The notes below the pieces were generated by a model. That model made no database searches. It was not told the origin of the DNA and was given only the letters and a program-made list of their open reading frames with translations. From Prorocentrum cordatum (lineage: Eukaryota), in the NCBI GenBank assembly GCA_963575745.1, contig CAUYUJ010000231.1, positions 62,001-116,543 of the forward strand: a DNA stretch of 54,543 nt, in the 5' to 3' direction. A program made the translations under genes and the position numbers. Below, in pieces: positions 1-11,189 of this stretch. How positions within the stretch are numbered: position 1 is the first letter of the stretch; every line of letters starts with the position of its first letter.

Positions 1-42
1 GAGGAGGAGGAGGAGGATGGAGGAGGGCGTGCTCCCCCGAAG

Positions 43-70
43 GATGCTGGTGGTGGACCCCTCCAGCAGG
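43..70 (+). CDS. Micro-exon of a Ser/Thr protein kinase (CAMK group, SNF1/AMPK-like), first half of subdomain XI; upstream exons lie outside the window
   Basis: cccgaag|G ATG CTG GTG GTG GAC CCC TCC AGC AGG|gagcgg reads (R)MLVVDPSSR, with an AG|G acceptor and a GA donor. It matches the RMLxxDPxxR motif of kinase subdomain XI. Confidence 0.75.
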
Positions 71-189
71 GAGCGGGGGTGGGAGGGCCAGCCGCCGCCG
101 CCGCCGCCGCCGCCGACGCTTGGGGGGAACGGATGGTCCGCGTGGGGACCAGCGAAGTTCCATTGAGGGAGTAGGGGAACAACAAGTGG

Positions 190-341
190 CATAAACAACT
201 CGGAGGTCCGCGCGGATTTCTCGGATCGGCGCTGGGACCCCGTGGCGGCGCCTCCGGCGCCGCCCCTGGCGCGCTCCGCGCGCCAGGGAGGGGGGCCCAG
301 CACGGATCCAAGAAATCCGCGCGGACCTCCGAGTTTTTATG
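190..341. mobile_element. Palindromic MITE, family A; other copies at about 860-995, 7815-7975, 19310-19450 (reversed) and 41988-42120, with fragments near 10680, 45350 and 45610
   Basis: Long TIRs: actcggaggtccgcgcggatttctcggatc pairs with gatccaagaaatccgcgcggacctccgagt. The shared core ggcgcgctccgcgcgccagg recurs in the listed copies. Confidence 0.8.
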
Positions 342-567
342 TTTATGTCACTTTTTGTTCCCCTAGGGAGGGAGCAGGATCAGATCAGCAGCGAAAGAAG
401 CACGCACACGTAGGCGAATCCACGTGGCTTTCAAGAGTGCGCACTGCGCCAACGTTCACATCACGCGGCCCGTCTCGCGGATCGGAGGGCTGTGTTCGTG
501 TACATGCTTGGGCGCGTACGTTTTGTCTGGGCTCACTCTTGATCGAGGGAGGGAGCAGGATCTCCGT

Positions 568-801
568 GGGCCCCAGAAACGGCAGGCCGTTTTTCACCGT
601 TTCCGAAAAAGCGCCTCTTGAAAGTGGAAGCGGTAAAAAGACGGGAACCGGAAGCGGCAAAAATTGCTCCAGAATCGGAGTTGGAGCCGTAATCGGCAAA
701 CCAACGGCGACGGAACCAGAAAACGAACTTCGCTGGAACAGGCACACACAAAACGATAGAACGAAATCCGTAAAAAGACGGTCTTGTCGTTTCCAGGGCC
801 T
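568..801. mobile_element. MITE-like element with imperfect TIRs of about 30 bp
   Basis: gggccccagaaacggcaggccgtttttcac matches the reverse complement of gtaaaaagacggtcttgtcgtttccagggccc. Confidence 0.55.
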
Positions 802-1677
802 ACTACAATAAGAGAAGGCTGACCTCAAAAGCGAAGCAATGGCATAAGCATGACTCTCCAGAGATCCGCGCGGACTCGGATGGGCGCTGTGGTCCTGCTG
901 GCGGCGCCGCCCCAGGCGCCGCCCCGGGCGCACTCCGCGTGCCAGGGAGGAGGTTTTAAGCGCTGATCCAAGAAATCCGCGCGGACTTTCGAGAAGGTTT
1001 CTGTTCCTCAGAGGCCAGCAACATATGTACACGTACGCGGTTAGCTTCCCCTGGAGGGCGTTTGAATGAGGACGTTCGTGCACTCAAGATCGCGGAGGGC
1101 GTACATGTACATATGTCGTTGCTCGCTCAGTTCCTGCTCTTCTTGCCCCTCTGCGTGAAAAGTGGTGTCACGGGTGGGGTCTCGTCGACGCCGATCACGG
1201 CCAGCGTCCGTGCCGGACGTCGCAGGCTCGCGAGGATGATCCACGAGTTGACGACGGCCAGGGTGGACGACGACGAACATCGGATCCCTGCCCTCCTGCA
1301 TATCTCTTCCCTCTTCCTCTTTCTCCTACATCTCTCCTCCTCTTCCTCCTCCTCCTCCTCCTCCTCTCTCTTCCTCCTCCTCCTCCTCCCCTCCTCCGCT
1401 TCCTCCTCCTCCTCCTCAGCCTCTGTCATGGTCATCATTTTTGTTTCCCTCCAGGTTGATGAGCTTGGAGCGCAAGCGGCGCGGGGCTTCGGCCATGACG
1501 CGGGTCGGCCAGCCCCGTCTGATCCCCTCTGGGCGCCCTTGGCTTTTGGAGCCCCGCGGGGCCGATCCTCCTCCCGCTCCCGTCCCACCGCTGACGTGGG
1601 GTCGGAATCTTCTCCGCGGCCGGTTCAGGGTCCTCGCGGCGTGGTTCTTCAAACAGTGGCGAAGCGTCCCGGCTCGC

Positions 1678-1851
1678 CTATAGCCCCGCCAAACAAGGTT
1701 CTAAGAAGTTTTCGTAGTTCCCACGAAATGTTCTTAGAACATTTCTGGCGGAGTCTGTACTGTTTCAGCACATCGGGTTTATGCTATAAGAACATCGTTT
1801 TTGTTCTCAGACCATTTTTGGTTTCTAAGAACATTTCGTGGTAGGACTATA
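1678..1851. mobile_element. MITE-like element with internal gttctaagaa repeats
   Basis: ctatagccccgccaaacaaggttctaagaa matches the reverse complement of ttctaagaacatttcgtggtaggactatag. Confidence 0.5.
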
Positions 1852-2475
1852 GGAATGCCGGGACGGTCGGTCCCTGGTCAAGTTCTGGCTGGCTCCGCTT
1901 AGCGCTGACCCCTGTGAGCGCACCCGTGAAGGAGGAGGAGCGTTCGGTAGCAGCTCGAGGGAGCCTTGCATGGCGCAATTCTGTGTTCGGTCTGCACTGG
2001 GCATGTGCTAGCGTCTGGTCAGCGCCAATCCAGCGTCGACTGGCAGGACTTGGCGTTGATTTAGCGTTGATTCAGCGTCGACTGGCATCGTCTAGTGTCG
2101 ATTTGCAAAAGCCAGCAAGACGACATGGGAGGCTCCAGTGAGGTGCCGCAGAAGGAGCGGAAGTGGGGCGGAGCATAGTGCGGAAGCGGGGCACATTTCT
2201 GGCAGGCAGGCATGGGGCAGTTGAAGTTTGCATCCCCGGTGGACTGAACGTTTGCTGTCCACACTTCTGGTTATTCCACGCCTCTCCCTCTCCCAGTCTT
2301 CCCTCGCCTCCTATTTCCTCTCTCATCCGTTCTCGTCTTCTGTGGTTATCCTGCTTTCCTGGCTCATCCCGTGTCCCCCTAGTCAGCACGTGTTTTCTGT
2401 TCCTCACCTCCTTCCCTTCTCCGTCCTCTCTCCTCCGCGTCTCCCTCGTCCTCCTCGCCCGGCCGCCTGGGGGAG

Positions 2476-2517
2476 GCCACCTTGCAGGAGGTGATGACGC
2501 ACCCGTGGGTGCAGTGA
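2476..2517 (+). CDS. Kinase micro-exon, second half of subdomain XI (ATLQEVMTHPWVQ); ends at TGA 2515-2517 or splices at the GT donor after 2513
   Basis: Pyrimidine-rich tract, then gggag|GCC ACC TTG CAG GAG GTG ATG ACG CAC CCG TGG GTG CA|gtgagc. Joins exon 43-70 in phase to give DPSSRATLQEVMTHPW, the classic DPxxRxTxxExxxHPW kinase signature. Confidence 0.8.
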   Translation, partial: ATLQEVMTHPWVQ

Positions 2518-2799
2518 GCAGCTCTTGTTCCCGCTCGCGCTCCAGCGCTTTTGTCTCTGGCTCCTCCTCCTCGTTGTGCCCCGCAGCCAGATCGCGCGAC
2601 CAGCAGGGCGAGCGCCGAGTCGCCGCGACAGCAGATCCCGCATTCAGACGAGGCGAGCGCCGCTCCCGGCCGCCCCTGTTGATCGTTCCAGTGCGCACCT
2701 GGTATATCCCCGTCGGGAGTCGGGAGGGGGACGAGGGGCAGGGGGAGCATCAGGAGGTAGGAGCCGATGCCTTCGGTAACCGTAGGCCTCCGATAAGAA

Positions 2800-2955
2800 A
2801 CCAGGCGATCGCAAACATGGATTGTAAGGGGGCGTGGATTAGCGACGGGTCTCGTTTTCACGAGAACTTGCGGATTTCCGCCGCCGAGCGAGGCGGCAGC
2901 GGCCGCAATTTGGGGGAGGGCACCTCCCCCGATTCATGCTTGGGCGCCCCTGAAT
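2800..2955. mobile_element. Dispersed MITE-like repeat; second copy at about 29477-29650
   Basis: Both loci share caggcgatcgcaaac..ggat..aagggggcgtgg and ttccgccgccgagcgaggcggca.cggccgca. The 29 kb copy has TIRs and an internal palindrome gatccatggatttggcg...cgccaaatccatggatc. Confidence 0.6.
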
Positions 2956-3204
2956 AAAGCATACCCCCCTGCCCACCAACCTCATGCTTGTCTCCGACCA
3001 GGGCTCTTTTGGTTGGCGGTGATGAGCGGCGGGTCCGATCTTCATTAGCACCAGGGAGAGCAGTAGACCGAATCTTCTCACCATGAGTAGCCGTATCACT
3101 AGAATAAGCATCGTATTATACATCTTACACGACTACCACGACTTCTAGCTTTTAGTATTTGTACTACTACCATTAGTTGTGTCACTATTATTACGACTCG
3201 CAAG

Positions 3205-3242
<38 letters not shown>

Positions 3243-3249
3243 TGACTAC

Positions 3250-4345
3250 TAGCGAGTAGCGAGTAGGGCTAGTGAGTAGTGAACAGGGAGTAGTCAGGAG
3301 TTAGTAGTGAGTAGGGAGTAGCGCGTAAAGAGTAGGGAGTAGCGAGTAGTGAGTAGTGAGCTGTGAGTAGGGAGTAGTGAGTAGTGAGAAGCGAGAGGCG
3401 GGTCTTGAGTAGCCGGTAATAAGTAGGGACTAGCGAGTAGAAGTTATTGAGTAGTGAGTCGTGAGTAGTGAGTGGCCACTTGCGACTAGCGAGTAGGGCG
3501 TATGGAGTAGTGAGTAGTGAGTAACGAGTAGTGCGTAGTGGGTGTGCATAAGTGCGTATTGGGTAGCGAGTAGCGGATAGTGAGTAGTGAGTTCTGGGCA
3601 GTGCGCAGTGAGTAGTGAATTGTGAGTTATCAGTAATCAGTAGTGGAAAGTGGTTCGTGGGTAGGGAGTAGTGCTTAGTGAGTAGTGAGTCATGGGCAGT
3701 GCGCAGGGAGTAGTGAATTGTGAGTTATCAGTAGTGAGTGGTGGAAAGTGGACCGTGGGTAGGGAGTAGTGCTTAGTGAGTAGTGAGTAGCGGGCAGTGA
3801 GTAGTGTAGTAGTGAGTAGTGAGTATTGAGTACTGGGTAGGGAGTAATGACTTGTGGGTTGGGAGTAGTGAGTATGGAGCAGGAAGTAGTGAGTAGTGAG
3901 TACTTGGAGCGTAGTTAGTAGCGTGTAGTGAATAGTGCGTATTGGGTAGCGAGAAGGGCGTAGGGAGTAGCGAGTAGTGATTAGTGATTAGTGAGTACCG
4001 TGCAGGGAGCAGGGAGTAGCGAGTAGTGGATAGTGAGTAGTGAGTTGTGGGCAGCGAGTGGAGTAGTGAAGTGTGAGTAGTGAGTAGTGGATAGTGGGTA
4101 GTGAGTAGTGATTTGTGATTTGCGAGTAGTAGGTAGTGAGGTGATTAGTGGTTAGTGAGTAGTGGACAGTGGGTACTGTAGTGAGTAGTCTGTAGTGAGT
4201 AGTGAGTAGTGGGTAGGGAGTAGAGAGTAGTGAGTAGTGCATCGTGGGTAAGGAGTTGTGTATAGTGAGTAGTTAGTCGTGAGTAGTGAGCAGTGAGTAG
4301 TGCCTAGTGGATTGTGGGTAGTGAGTAGTGCGTAATGAGTAGTGA
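3250..4345 (+). repeat. Degenerate heptamer satellite (GAGTAGT)n, about 1.1 kb
   Basis: Continuous agtagtg/agtagcg/agtaggg units, preceded by a (TAC)n run in the opposite orientation at about 3205-3250. Confidence 0.9.
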
Positions 4346-4350
4346 GTGCT

Positions 4351-4680
4351 GTTTGGGGCCAGGGTTTGGGTTTGGGGTTAGGGTTCTGGGGTTAGGGCAA
4401 GGGTGAGGACTAGTGTTAGGGGTGGCAGGGGTCGGGTTCCGGAGACCGGGGGCGCCGTGGCGAAAGGGGGGGAGGGGGGGGCTCGAATTTGGCGGCCAAA
4501 GGGGGGAGGGGGGGGGGTCGGACCCCCCCCCCTTTTGAAAGCGGGGAGGGCGGGGGGTCCCCGACGACGGACAGGGAAAGGGGGGGGTCCCCAAGGACGG
4601 ATCGGGAAATAAGGGGAGGGGGGTGGTCCCCGACGACGGATCGGGGAAAGGGGGAGGGGTCCCACCCCCCCCCCCCCATC
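4351..4680 (+). repeat. Degenerate telomere-like G-rich repeats followed by GGGGTCCCCGACGACGGA-type repeats
   Basis: agggtttgggtttggggttagggttctggggttagggc...gttagggg (4351-4421), then three ggtcccc(g/a)a(c/g)gacgga units. Confidence 0.5.
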
Positions 4681-5169
4681 CAGACACACCTTGGGGTCAT
4701 CCAGCGGCGCGCCCTCTCAATGTTGTGGTCGCAGGATTTGGAGAGGCTTCTGACCTGTCACTACGCAGTAACAACGCCCTGACAGGTGTCGGCGGATCAT
4801 CTCCTATTTTGATCATTTTTATTTTTCGGAACGCAGGGCGTGGACTGGCTGACCGGAGATGTGCGCGGGAGGCAAAACAGACGAAGGATCTATATGGCGC
4901 ATGGTTGGTATTGGCACGTGCCTTTTGAGATCGTGCGCAAGTTCGCTGGCTTGGATGTGTCTGATAAAGCCCGCTTTGGAAAACCCCTGTGGTGAGTGAG
5001 CGGTATGGGAACAGTGCGCGGTGCAGACTGCATCAGAACAGTGCGCAGAGTAATATATGAGTTGTCGGGAACGGACGGGGAGCAGACCGAAGGTCAAGGC
5101 GACCATGCGCACAGGCCGCCGGCACAGGAGAAGGAGGCACGAGGAAGATCTGGAGGAAGCAAGAGTCCC

Positions 5170-5620
5170 ACACCGCACCCAATCTTGACGATTCCGAGGT
5201 CGGCAGGTGCCAGCTGGCCTCTAACCATGTCCATTCGAGTGTCTCGCAGTCTCGCAAGAATGCACGATCCATGGTCTTCTGTGCAACGCTGAGCATCCCC
5301 CACCAGCGTTGTCGCAACTCTGGCAACAAGGCCTCCCGTACTCGTTGGCGCATCTTGCGTTTAAAGTAGGTTTTCAGCGTTGGGTTCACCATTTGATATC
5401 ACACCGCTTACGCCGTGCGTTTATACTTCTGGTGATACCTATGTCCTTTCGATGTGAATTCCCTGTAGGTGACAGTTGTTTCGTTTCTCGCAGCTGTTAA
5501 CAGGCACACCCTATAATTGCTCACGACTGCTCCTGGAATCCAACTATGAGAATGGTGATCTTGCAGAGCAGTCATGAACACTGAGCCCCATCTTGTCTGC
5601 GTCAGGTTGAATCGCTGGGG
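5170..5620 (-). pseudogene. Possible decayed DDE_1 (pogo/Tigger-type) transposase C-terminal fragment
   Basis: Across frameshifts the minus strand reads ILI/LDSRSS ... CD ... VNPTLKTYFKRKMRQRVRE, resembling the LLxLDxxxxH ... QPxDxxVNxxFKxxxR end of DDE_1 domains. It is broken by stops. Confidence 0.3.
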
Positions 5621-7540
5621 TTCCTTCATATTGCCTGGGGTATGATCGTAACCCATTCCCTTAGCCAGCTCAATCTGCCAGTCAATCCGACCCAACCAGC
5701 CCACCAGCCCAACCAGGCACGCCGCCACCGAGCCAACCCGTCAGCCAACCACCCCAACCAGCCACCCCACCGCCCAGCCAACCCGCCACCCGCCCATCTC
5801 TGCTGCTTGCCCCCAGTCACCGCCGAGAAGAAGGGGGGAAAGTGTTTCTTATAAGCGGACAACGAGAGGCGATAAGGTTCAAATCGATGAAACCACTCCG
5901 AAGGTCGTCAATGTGATTCAGTAATGCCGGTATATCGGGGCGGTTCCGAGGGCTTCAAAACGGCCCAAGAGGCGCCCAGGTGGTCTGAGGATGTTCCCTT
6001 GAACCGAAGGAGAGTTCCAGTGCATTTGTTTGAGCGGTGTTTGTTTGGAATGCTTTCTGGGGGTGTTGGAGTCGGTTTTGGCGGGTTTGGCGTCCCAGAG
6101 GGACACGGGGAAAACGCCGCGAGTGCCCAGGAGCGCCTAGATTTGCGCCGTGAACTCCGGCAAATGAGCGGTATGGGTCCTGAGTAATGTTACAATCCCA
6201 CTCATCCCATTCAGCCTCACATTTGAATTCGCTGTGGGACACTCCACAATGCTGCAGGCACGGTGGCGGGTCTTGGAAGACGTTGAGAACAGTAGTACAA
6301 GTGTGTGTATGCGTGCTTGTTGTGTTTATGTATGTGTGTGCTGCCAGATGCTGGTTGATTTCTTGTGGAGTCGTGGAAGACAACCCGCCATTATTCTATT
6401 CGTACTCTAGTGTGGTGCAAACGCGGATCTGCAACATAATGATTCAAGCCAGCCCGATCTCTTTGGTTCTCTCTCTCTCTGTCTCTTTCTCGTTCTCTCT
6501 TTCTCGTTATCTCTCTCTCTTTCTCTTCCTATCTCTACTTGTACATAGACACATATATACACATTGAAGCTGCTGGTAGATTTGATTGCCCAAATCAAAA
6601 TCGCGAACCCGTTCGTTCGATGGAACCAGCGCCAGTTGTGCAATCCAAGCCGCGTGTGCGGGAACGGCGGGGAGGCATGGGCAGCAGAGCAGCGGGCGGT
6701 TGCCAGTGCAGCCGACGCCAGTCATACAGCAGACTCGCGCTGCGTTGACGCGGCGGCGACGCCCGCGCGGGCGTCCACGACTGAACGCCAGCGGCGGGCG
6801 GCGGCACGGAGTGACCACGTCGAACGACCCGCGCTGTCGGAAGGCCGCGATCCTTGCGCGTCGAGCGGTCCGCGCGGTGCCAGACGCCGACGGCGACGTC
6901 ACGGCACGTCACGGCACCAGCCTTCGTCAGGACGACGGTTTTCCAAGGACGCTCTTGCACCTCCTGCCATTTTCGACTGCAGCCTCTTCGTCCGAAGGAG
7001 CACTAGTGTGCACTGCATCACCTCATGAGGTCAAATCCTGGAGGCTCGCGCGGCGCGTAATAGTTGTATTATCTAGTCCACACGTCAGCTCTGCAAGCTA
7101 TGGGTCGACGCTCGCGCGGCGATGCTCTGGCGTCCGTCCGACGTACATCCGATGCAAGTCCGACGTAATTCCGACGTGACGCCGACGCAAATCCGACGTG
7201 GATCCGACGTAACTCGGGCCTCAAGTTGCCGCGCGAGTCCTCGAAGGATAGCAAAAAAGCCCTGGATTGCAAAAAAACCTGGATTCTCCTCATAAGCCTC
7301 ATCCTCGGGTTTTTTTTGCAATCCTGGATTCTTTTTGCAATCCTCAAAAAGGGTTTTTTTTGCAATCCTGGATTCTCCTCATAAGCCTCTGCGTCCGAAG
7401 AAGCACGAGGATGCACCGCACCGCCCCATGCGGTCCCCGAAGAGTCCAAACGCGGCCCCCCAGCGCCTACCCGCGGGAACGGCGCGGAGGCCACGAGCCC
7501 CGTGGCCCCAGCGGGGCCTGCGGGGCCGGAGACCCGCCAG

Positions 7541-7568
7541 GCCAGGGGACGAGGGCGGCCTTGATCGG
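7541..7568 (+). CDS. Candidate linker micro-exon (Q)PGDEGGLDR
   Basis: ccgccag|G CCA GGG GAC GAG GGC GGC CTT GAT CGG|gtactg. The phase fits the CA|gt end of exon 2476-2513, and a (GAC/GAG)n tract follows. Confidence 0.4.
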
Positions 7569-7594
7569 GTACTGCTAGAAGGTCGAGGAGGACC

Positions 7595-7629
<35 letters not shown>

Positions 7630-8959
7630 GAGGAGGAGGAGGAGGAGGAGGAGGAGGAGGAGGAGGGAGGAGGAAGAGGAGGAGGAGGAGGAAGGACGAC
7701 AAGTTGGGTGCTGCTAGAAGTGTCCCTGGCCCAAGATGCCCCCAGGATTTCCGAGGAGGCCCCCAATGGCCTCCAGAGCACCCCTCACGAGGCCCAGATA
7801 GGGGGACGAAGAATGACATAAACATAAAATACCAGGGGTCCGCGCGGATTTCTCGGATCCGCGCTGGACCTCCTTGGCGGCGCCCACGGCGCTGCCCCTG
7901 GCGCGCTCCGCGTGCTAAGGAGGGGGGTCCAGCGCCGATCCGAGAAATCCGCGTGGACCTCCGAGTTATTATGTTTCAGTGTTCGTTCCCCTAGAGGAGG
8001 CCCTCAACGACCTCCAGAGCACCCCTCACGAGACCCAGAGGGCCACAGGGGCTCCAAGATCCAGCGAAAAGCTGGGGGCACCTTAGGCCAGGGGCACCGT
8101 TGATGAGTGAAACGTGAGACTCGAGTACGCTGGAACTCGGATTTGCCGACGTCTTTTTGACGGGCGCGTCCTGGATTTTGACGGTCCAGTTTTCGTGGGA
8201 TTTTTGCAGCGGGGGCCCGCGTCAAATTCCAGATTGGGCTTCGTCATTTTCTTGATGGCCCCGAGTCCCCCGAACCCGAGTTTGCACGCCCATCCGACTT
8301 GTAGCAACCCTGAACTTGACGCCCAGGCTGTGTTACGGCAGGTTTGCGTCGTGCCGACCGGCGGCGACACCACCGCGTGCGTTTGAGGTTGAACGCCGCC
8401 CGTGGCCCAGAGTGGGCCCGTCGTTGAACGATCTGGCGTTCACGGAACGTCCGATCGTTCGAGTCTGAACGATCCCCTTGGTGTCAGGAACCGATGCCGG
8501 GGTCGACACGACGCGAATTTGCCGTAGAAGGTTTCTCCGCCTCGCGCTCGCCGCGCGCGCGCGCTCCGCGAGCGAGCCGAGGGGGGGGTTCTGGGCCGCG
8601 TCCTTGGTCGCCGCCTCCCGCGCGGCTCCTGCGCCCCTTTGTTTTCGGACGCCTGTGCAGGACCGGGTGGCCGGGTGCTGGTGCGGTGGCAGGGCTCATT
8701 TCGATTTCTCCGATAGGATCCGATTCGATTTCGATGGTTTTCGATTCCGGTTCGACTCGATTTCGAATTCCGATTTGGCATCCGAGTTCTCAATGGAGGC
8801 CTACCAGCCTGCCGATTTCCGCCGATTCGACTTGTCCCGACTTGGCTGCGGATTTCCACCGATCCGATTCATTTCGATCGCCGGTCCCACTTATCGATTC
8901 GATTCTCGGCTCTCCTGCAGTTGCTCGGGCGGGTGGCCTACATGTGTCGGTGGTTCACA

Positions 8960-9068
8960 GATGGGGTCTTGAGGGATGGGGTCCTAAGGACGAGGTGCCT
9001 CAAACAACGTAAGTCCACCCTGGGGCCCCTATCTATCATTCGGGCCCCATCCCTCAGGACCTCATCTT
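8960..9068. mobile_element. Short MITE with TIRs of about 26 bp
   Basis: agatggggtcttgagggatggggtcc pairs with gggccccatccctcaggacctcatct (3 mismatches). Confidence 0.6.
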
Positions 9069-9431
9069 TGAAGCATCGAATTTGGTGTGAAGAAGAGGGG
9101 GGGACCCAAATGAAGGTGGCCTAAATGGCGGGGGGGGAGTTACCTGGTTGGTGCAAAGGGGCCCGAGAGGGCACCCTTAGGGCCTTTCTCCACCCTAGGT
9201 TACCCTCCATGGATATCCGCCCGAGTGCCGGGGAGACGTACGACTCGAGTTCGCTGGACGTCGGCTTCGCCGACGTTTTTTGTCAAGAGCCCGTCTCGAG
9301 TTTTGACGGCCCTGTTTCCAGCGATGTCGGCAGCGGGAGTTCACGCCAGGTTTCAGACGGGGCTTTGGGTCTCGTCGTTGTCTTGACGGCCCCGTCGGTC
9401 CCCCGAGCCCGAGACTTGGATCTCCCCGAAG

Positions 9432-9482
9432 GTCGTGGCCCGAGGGGCCAGGGGCAACGCCAGGGGAGGGTCGGATCAGGAG
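9432..9482 (+). CDS. Candidate linker micro-exon VVARGARGNARGGSDQE
   Basis: ctccccgaag|GTC...CAG GAG|gtacag. The acceptor context is almost the same as for exon 43-70, and a (CTC)n tract follows. Confidence 0.35.
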
Positions 9483-9799
9483 GTACAGTGTTGGCAACTC
9501 CTCCTCCTCCTCCTCCTCCTCCTCCTCCTCCTCCTCCTCCTCCTCTTCCTCCTCCTCCTCCTCCTCCTCCTCCTCCCTCCGCCCTCCTCCTTCTCCTCCT
9601 CCTCCTCCTCCTCCTCCTCCTCCTCCTCCTGACGTGGGTCCTGGTCGGCCTTCCAGTCTCGGGGTGCCTTCCGGCGGCTGCACCTCGCGGGCACTGTTCT
9701 GGCGGTGCTCGGACCGTCCCGGGGGGGCCCGCGGAGGCCCGCGGAGATGGCCCGAGAGCCACCGGGGGACGGGGATGGGCTCCGGGGGGACGCGCCCAC

Positions 9800-9965
9800 C
9801 CCCAATTCGGGACGCCCGACATGGGTACGGAAAGAATGGGTACGATGCCCAACACCAGTTCCTGTTCATTTTGAACAGGACTCGCTGTCCGCGCCGCCGC
9901 GGCCTGGTCCATTCGAGACAGAAGGCCGCCTGCCCAACAGCGGCCGCTGTTGGTCTGGGACAACA
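9800..9965. mobile_element. Dispersed MITE family; related copies at about 29020-29222 and 29385-29470
   Basis: Shared core ctcgctgtccgcgccgccgcgg...agaaggccgcctgccca.cagcggccgctg. The arm gggtacggaaagaatgggtacgatgcccaac here is the inverse of gttgggcatcgtgcccacttgctccgtaccc at 29145-29176. Confidence 0.6.
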
Positions 9966-10860
9966 ATTGTTGTTGGGGGGCGCACCCACCCCCCATCTCG
10001 CAGGCCTAGAGGTTGACACCATTACCAGTTTCGGCGGCGTGGCTCCACCGAGGGAAGAAGATCCCGGTCTCGGCGACGGTGGTGATATTCTGGCTTCCAG
10101 GGTGGTCGAAGTATCACCACCAACACCGACATCTAGGATCACCTTCCCCCTGTGGAGGCAGACCCCTGCGTTGGTGCTGGTGCCCATTTCCAGGCCTCCG
10201 ACAATCGCCCATGCGTCGCCGATCGGGAGCCCGCGAGCGCCCCCACCCCGCCCGGGAGCGTGCTGCTTCGCCATCGAGGGCTGAGCACCGCTCCATCGTC
10301 GAATTCGGTTCCAAAGGCTCCCTACGGGGGCGCGAAGTCATTCGCGCTTCGCGGTCCTCGTTGCTTCTCCCCCTGCTCCTCGTCCTCGTTTTCTCCCTTT
10401 GGGGGGGGGGCGGCGCGAGAGCGCGAAGTCCTTCGCGCTTCGCGGAGCGCGGAGCGCGAAGTTGGGAGCCCCAGGATTCCTGGCCGATGTCTCCCCCCCC
10501 TGGGCCAGGTCCTCTCTGTCGTTGCCTTTCCCGAGATGCTCCGAGGTTGGACGAACGAGCTACAGCACCACACCGGCTTTCGGAGTGCCGCCCGGCTTTC
10601 CAGGGGTCGGCGCTGCGCCCCCGCCCCCACTTTTCAGGGCGGCGTCCCCGGCGCCGCACCCGGAGAGGCGCGGGCGCACCAGGTCCGCGCGGACCTTCGA
10701 AAGCGTGAGTGTACAATGCTTGTCTTTCTCCTTCCTCCTTCCTCCTCCTCCTCCTCCTCCTCCTCCTCCTCCTCCTCCTCCTCCTCCTCTTCTCCTCCTC
10801 CTCCTCCTCCTCCTCATCCTCCTCCTCCTCCTCCTCCTCTCTCCCCTCCTCCTGCCAGAG

Positions 10861-10880
10861 GCTGCAGGGGAGGCCCCGAA
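10861..10880 (+). CDS. Weak candidate micro-exon AAGEAP(K); 3' boundary uncertain
   Basis: AG|G acceptor directly after a (CTC)n tract. The donor was chosen for phase only. Confidence 0.2.
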
Positions 10881-11189
10881 GTGGCCCTGGCGATGCTCGG
10901 AGATGGCCCTTCGACTCCAGCACGTCCTGGGACATACACTTTTAGATGGTCGTTTCGGGACCTTCCTTGGGCCCACCTAACGGAACTGTTCGACCCCAGG
11001 TCGATTCAAGTTCGATTCATGTTCGACTCAAGTTCGACTCAGGTTCGACTCAAACTCGGCTCGAATCGACGGACGATCGACGCATCTTCGACACACGAGT
11101 GGAGCGAGTGACTCCAGGAAGGTCCCGAGCGAAGTGAACCCCACCCTCCCCCTCAGAAATCGTGGGGCGTAGGGGTAGGGTTCGCATGT

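Noticed and set aside
1150..1560. Extra exons between the two kinase exons (e.g. ccctccag|GTTGATGAG at 1455)
   Set aside because: The kinase motif is complete without them, and no frame gave a recognisable product.
1808..1830. Spliced-leader relic ccatttttggtttctaag (similar weak match at about 24964)
   Set aside because: It lies inside a gttctaagaa repeat element and no CDS follows.
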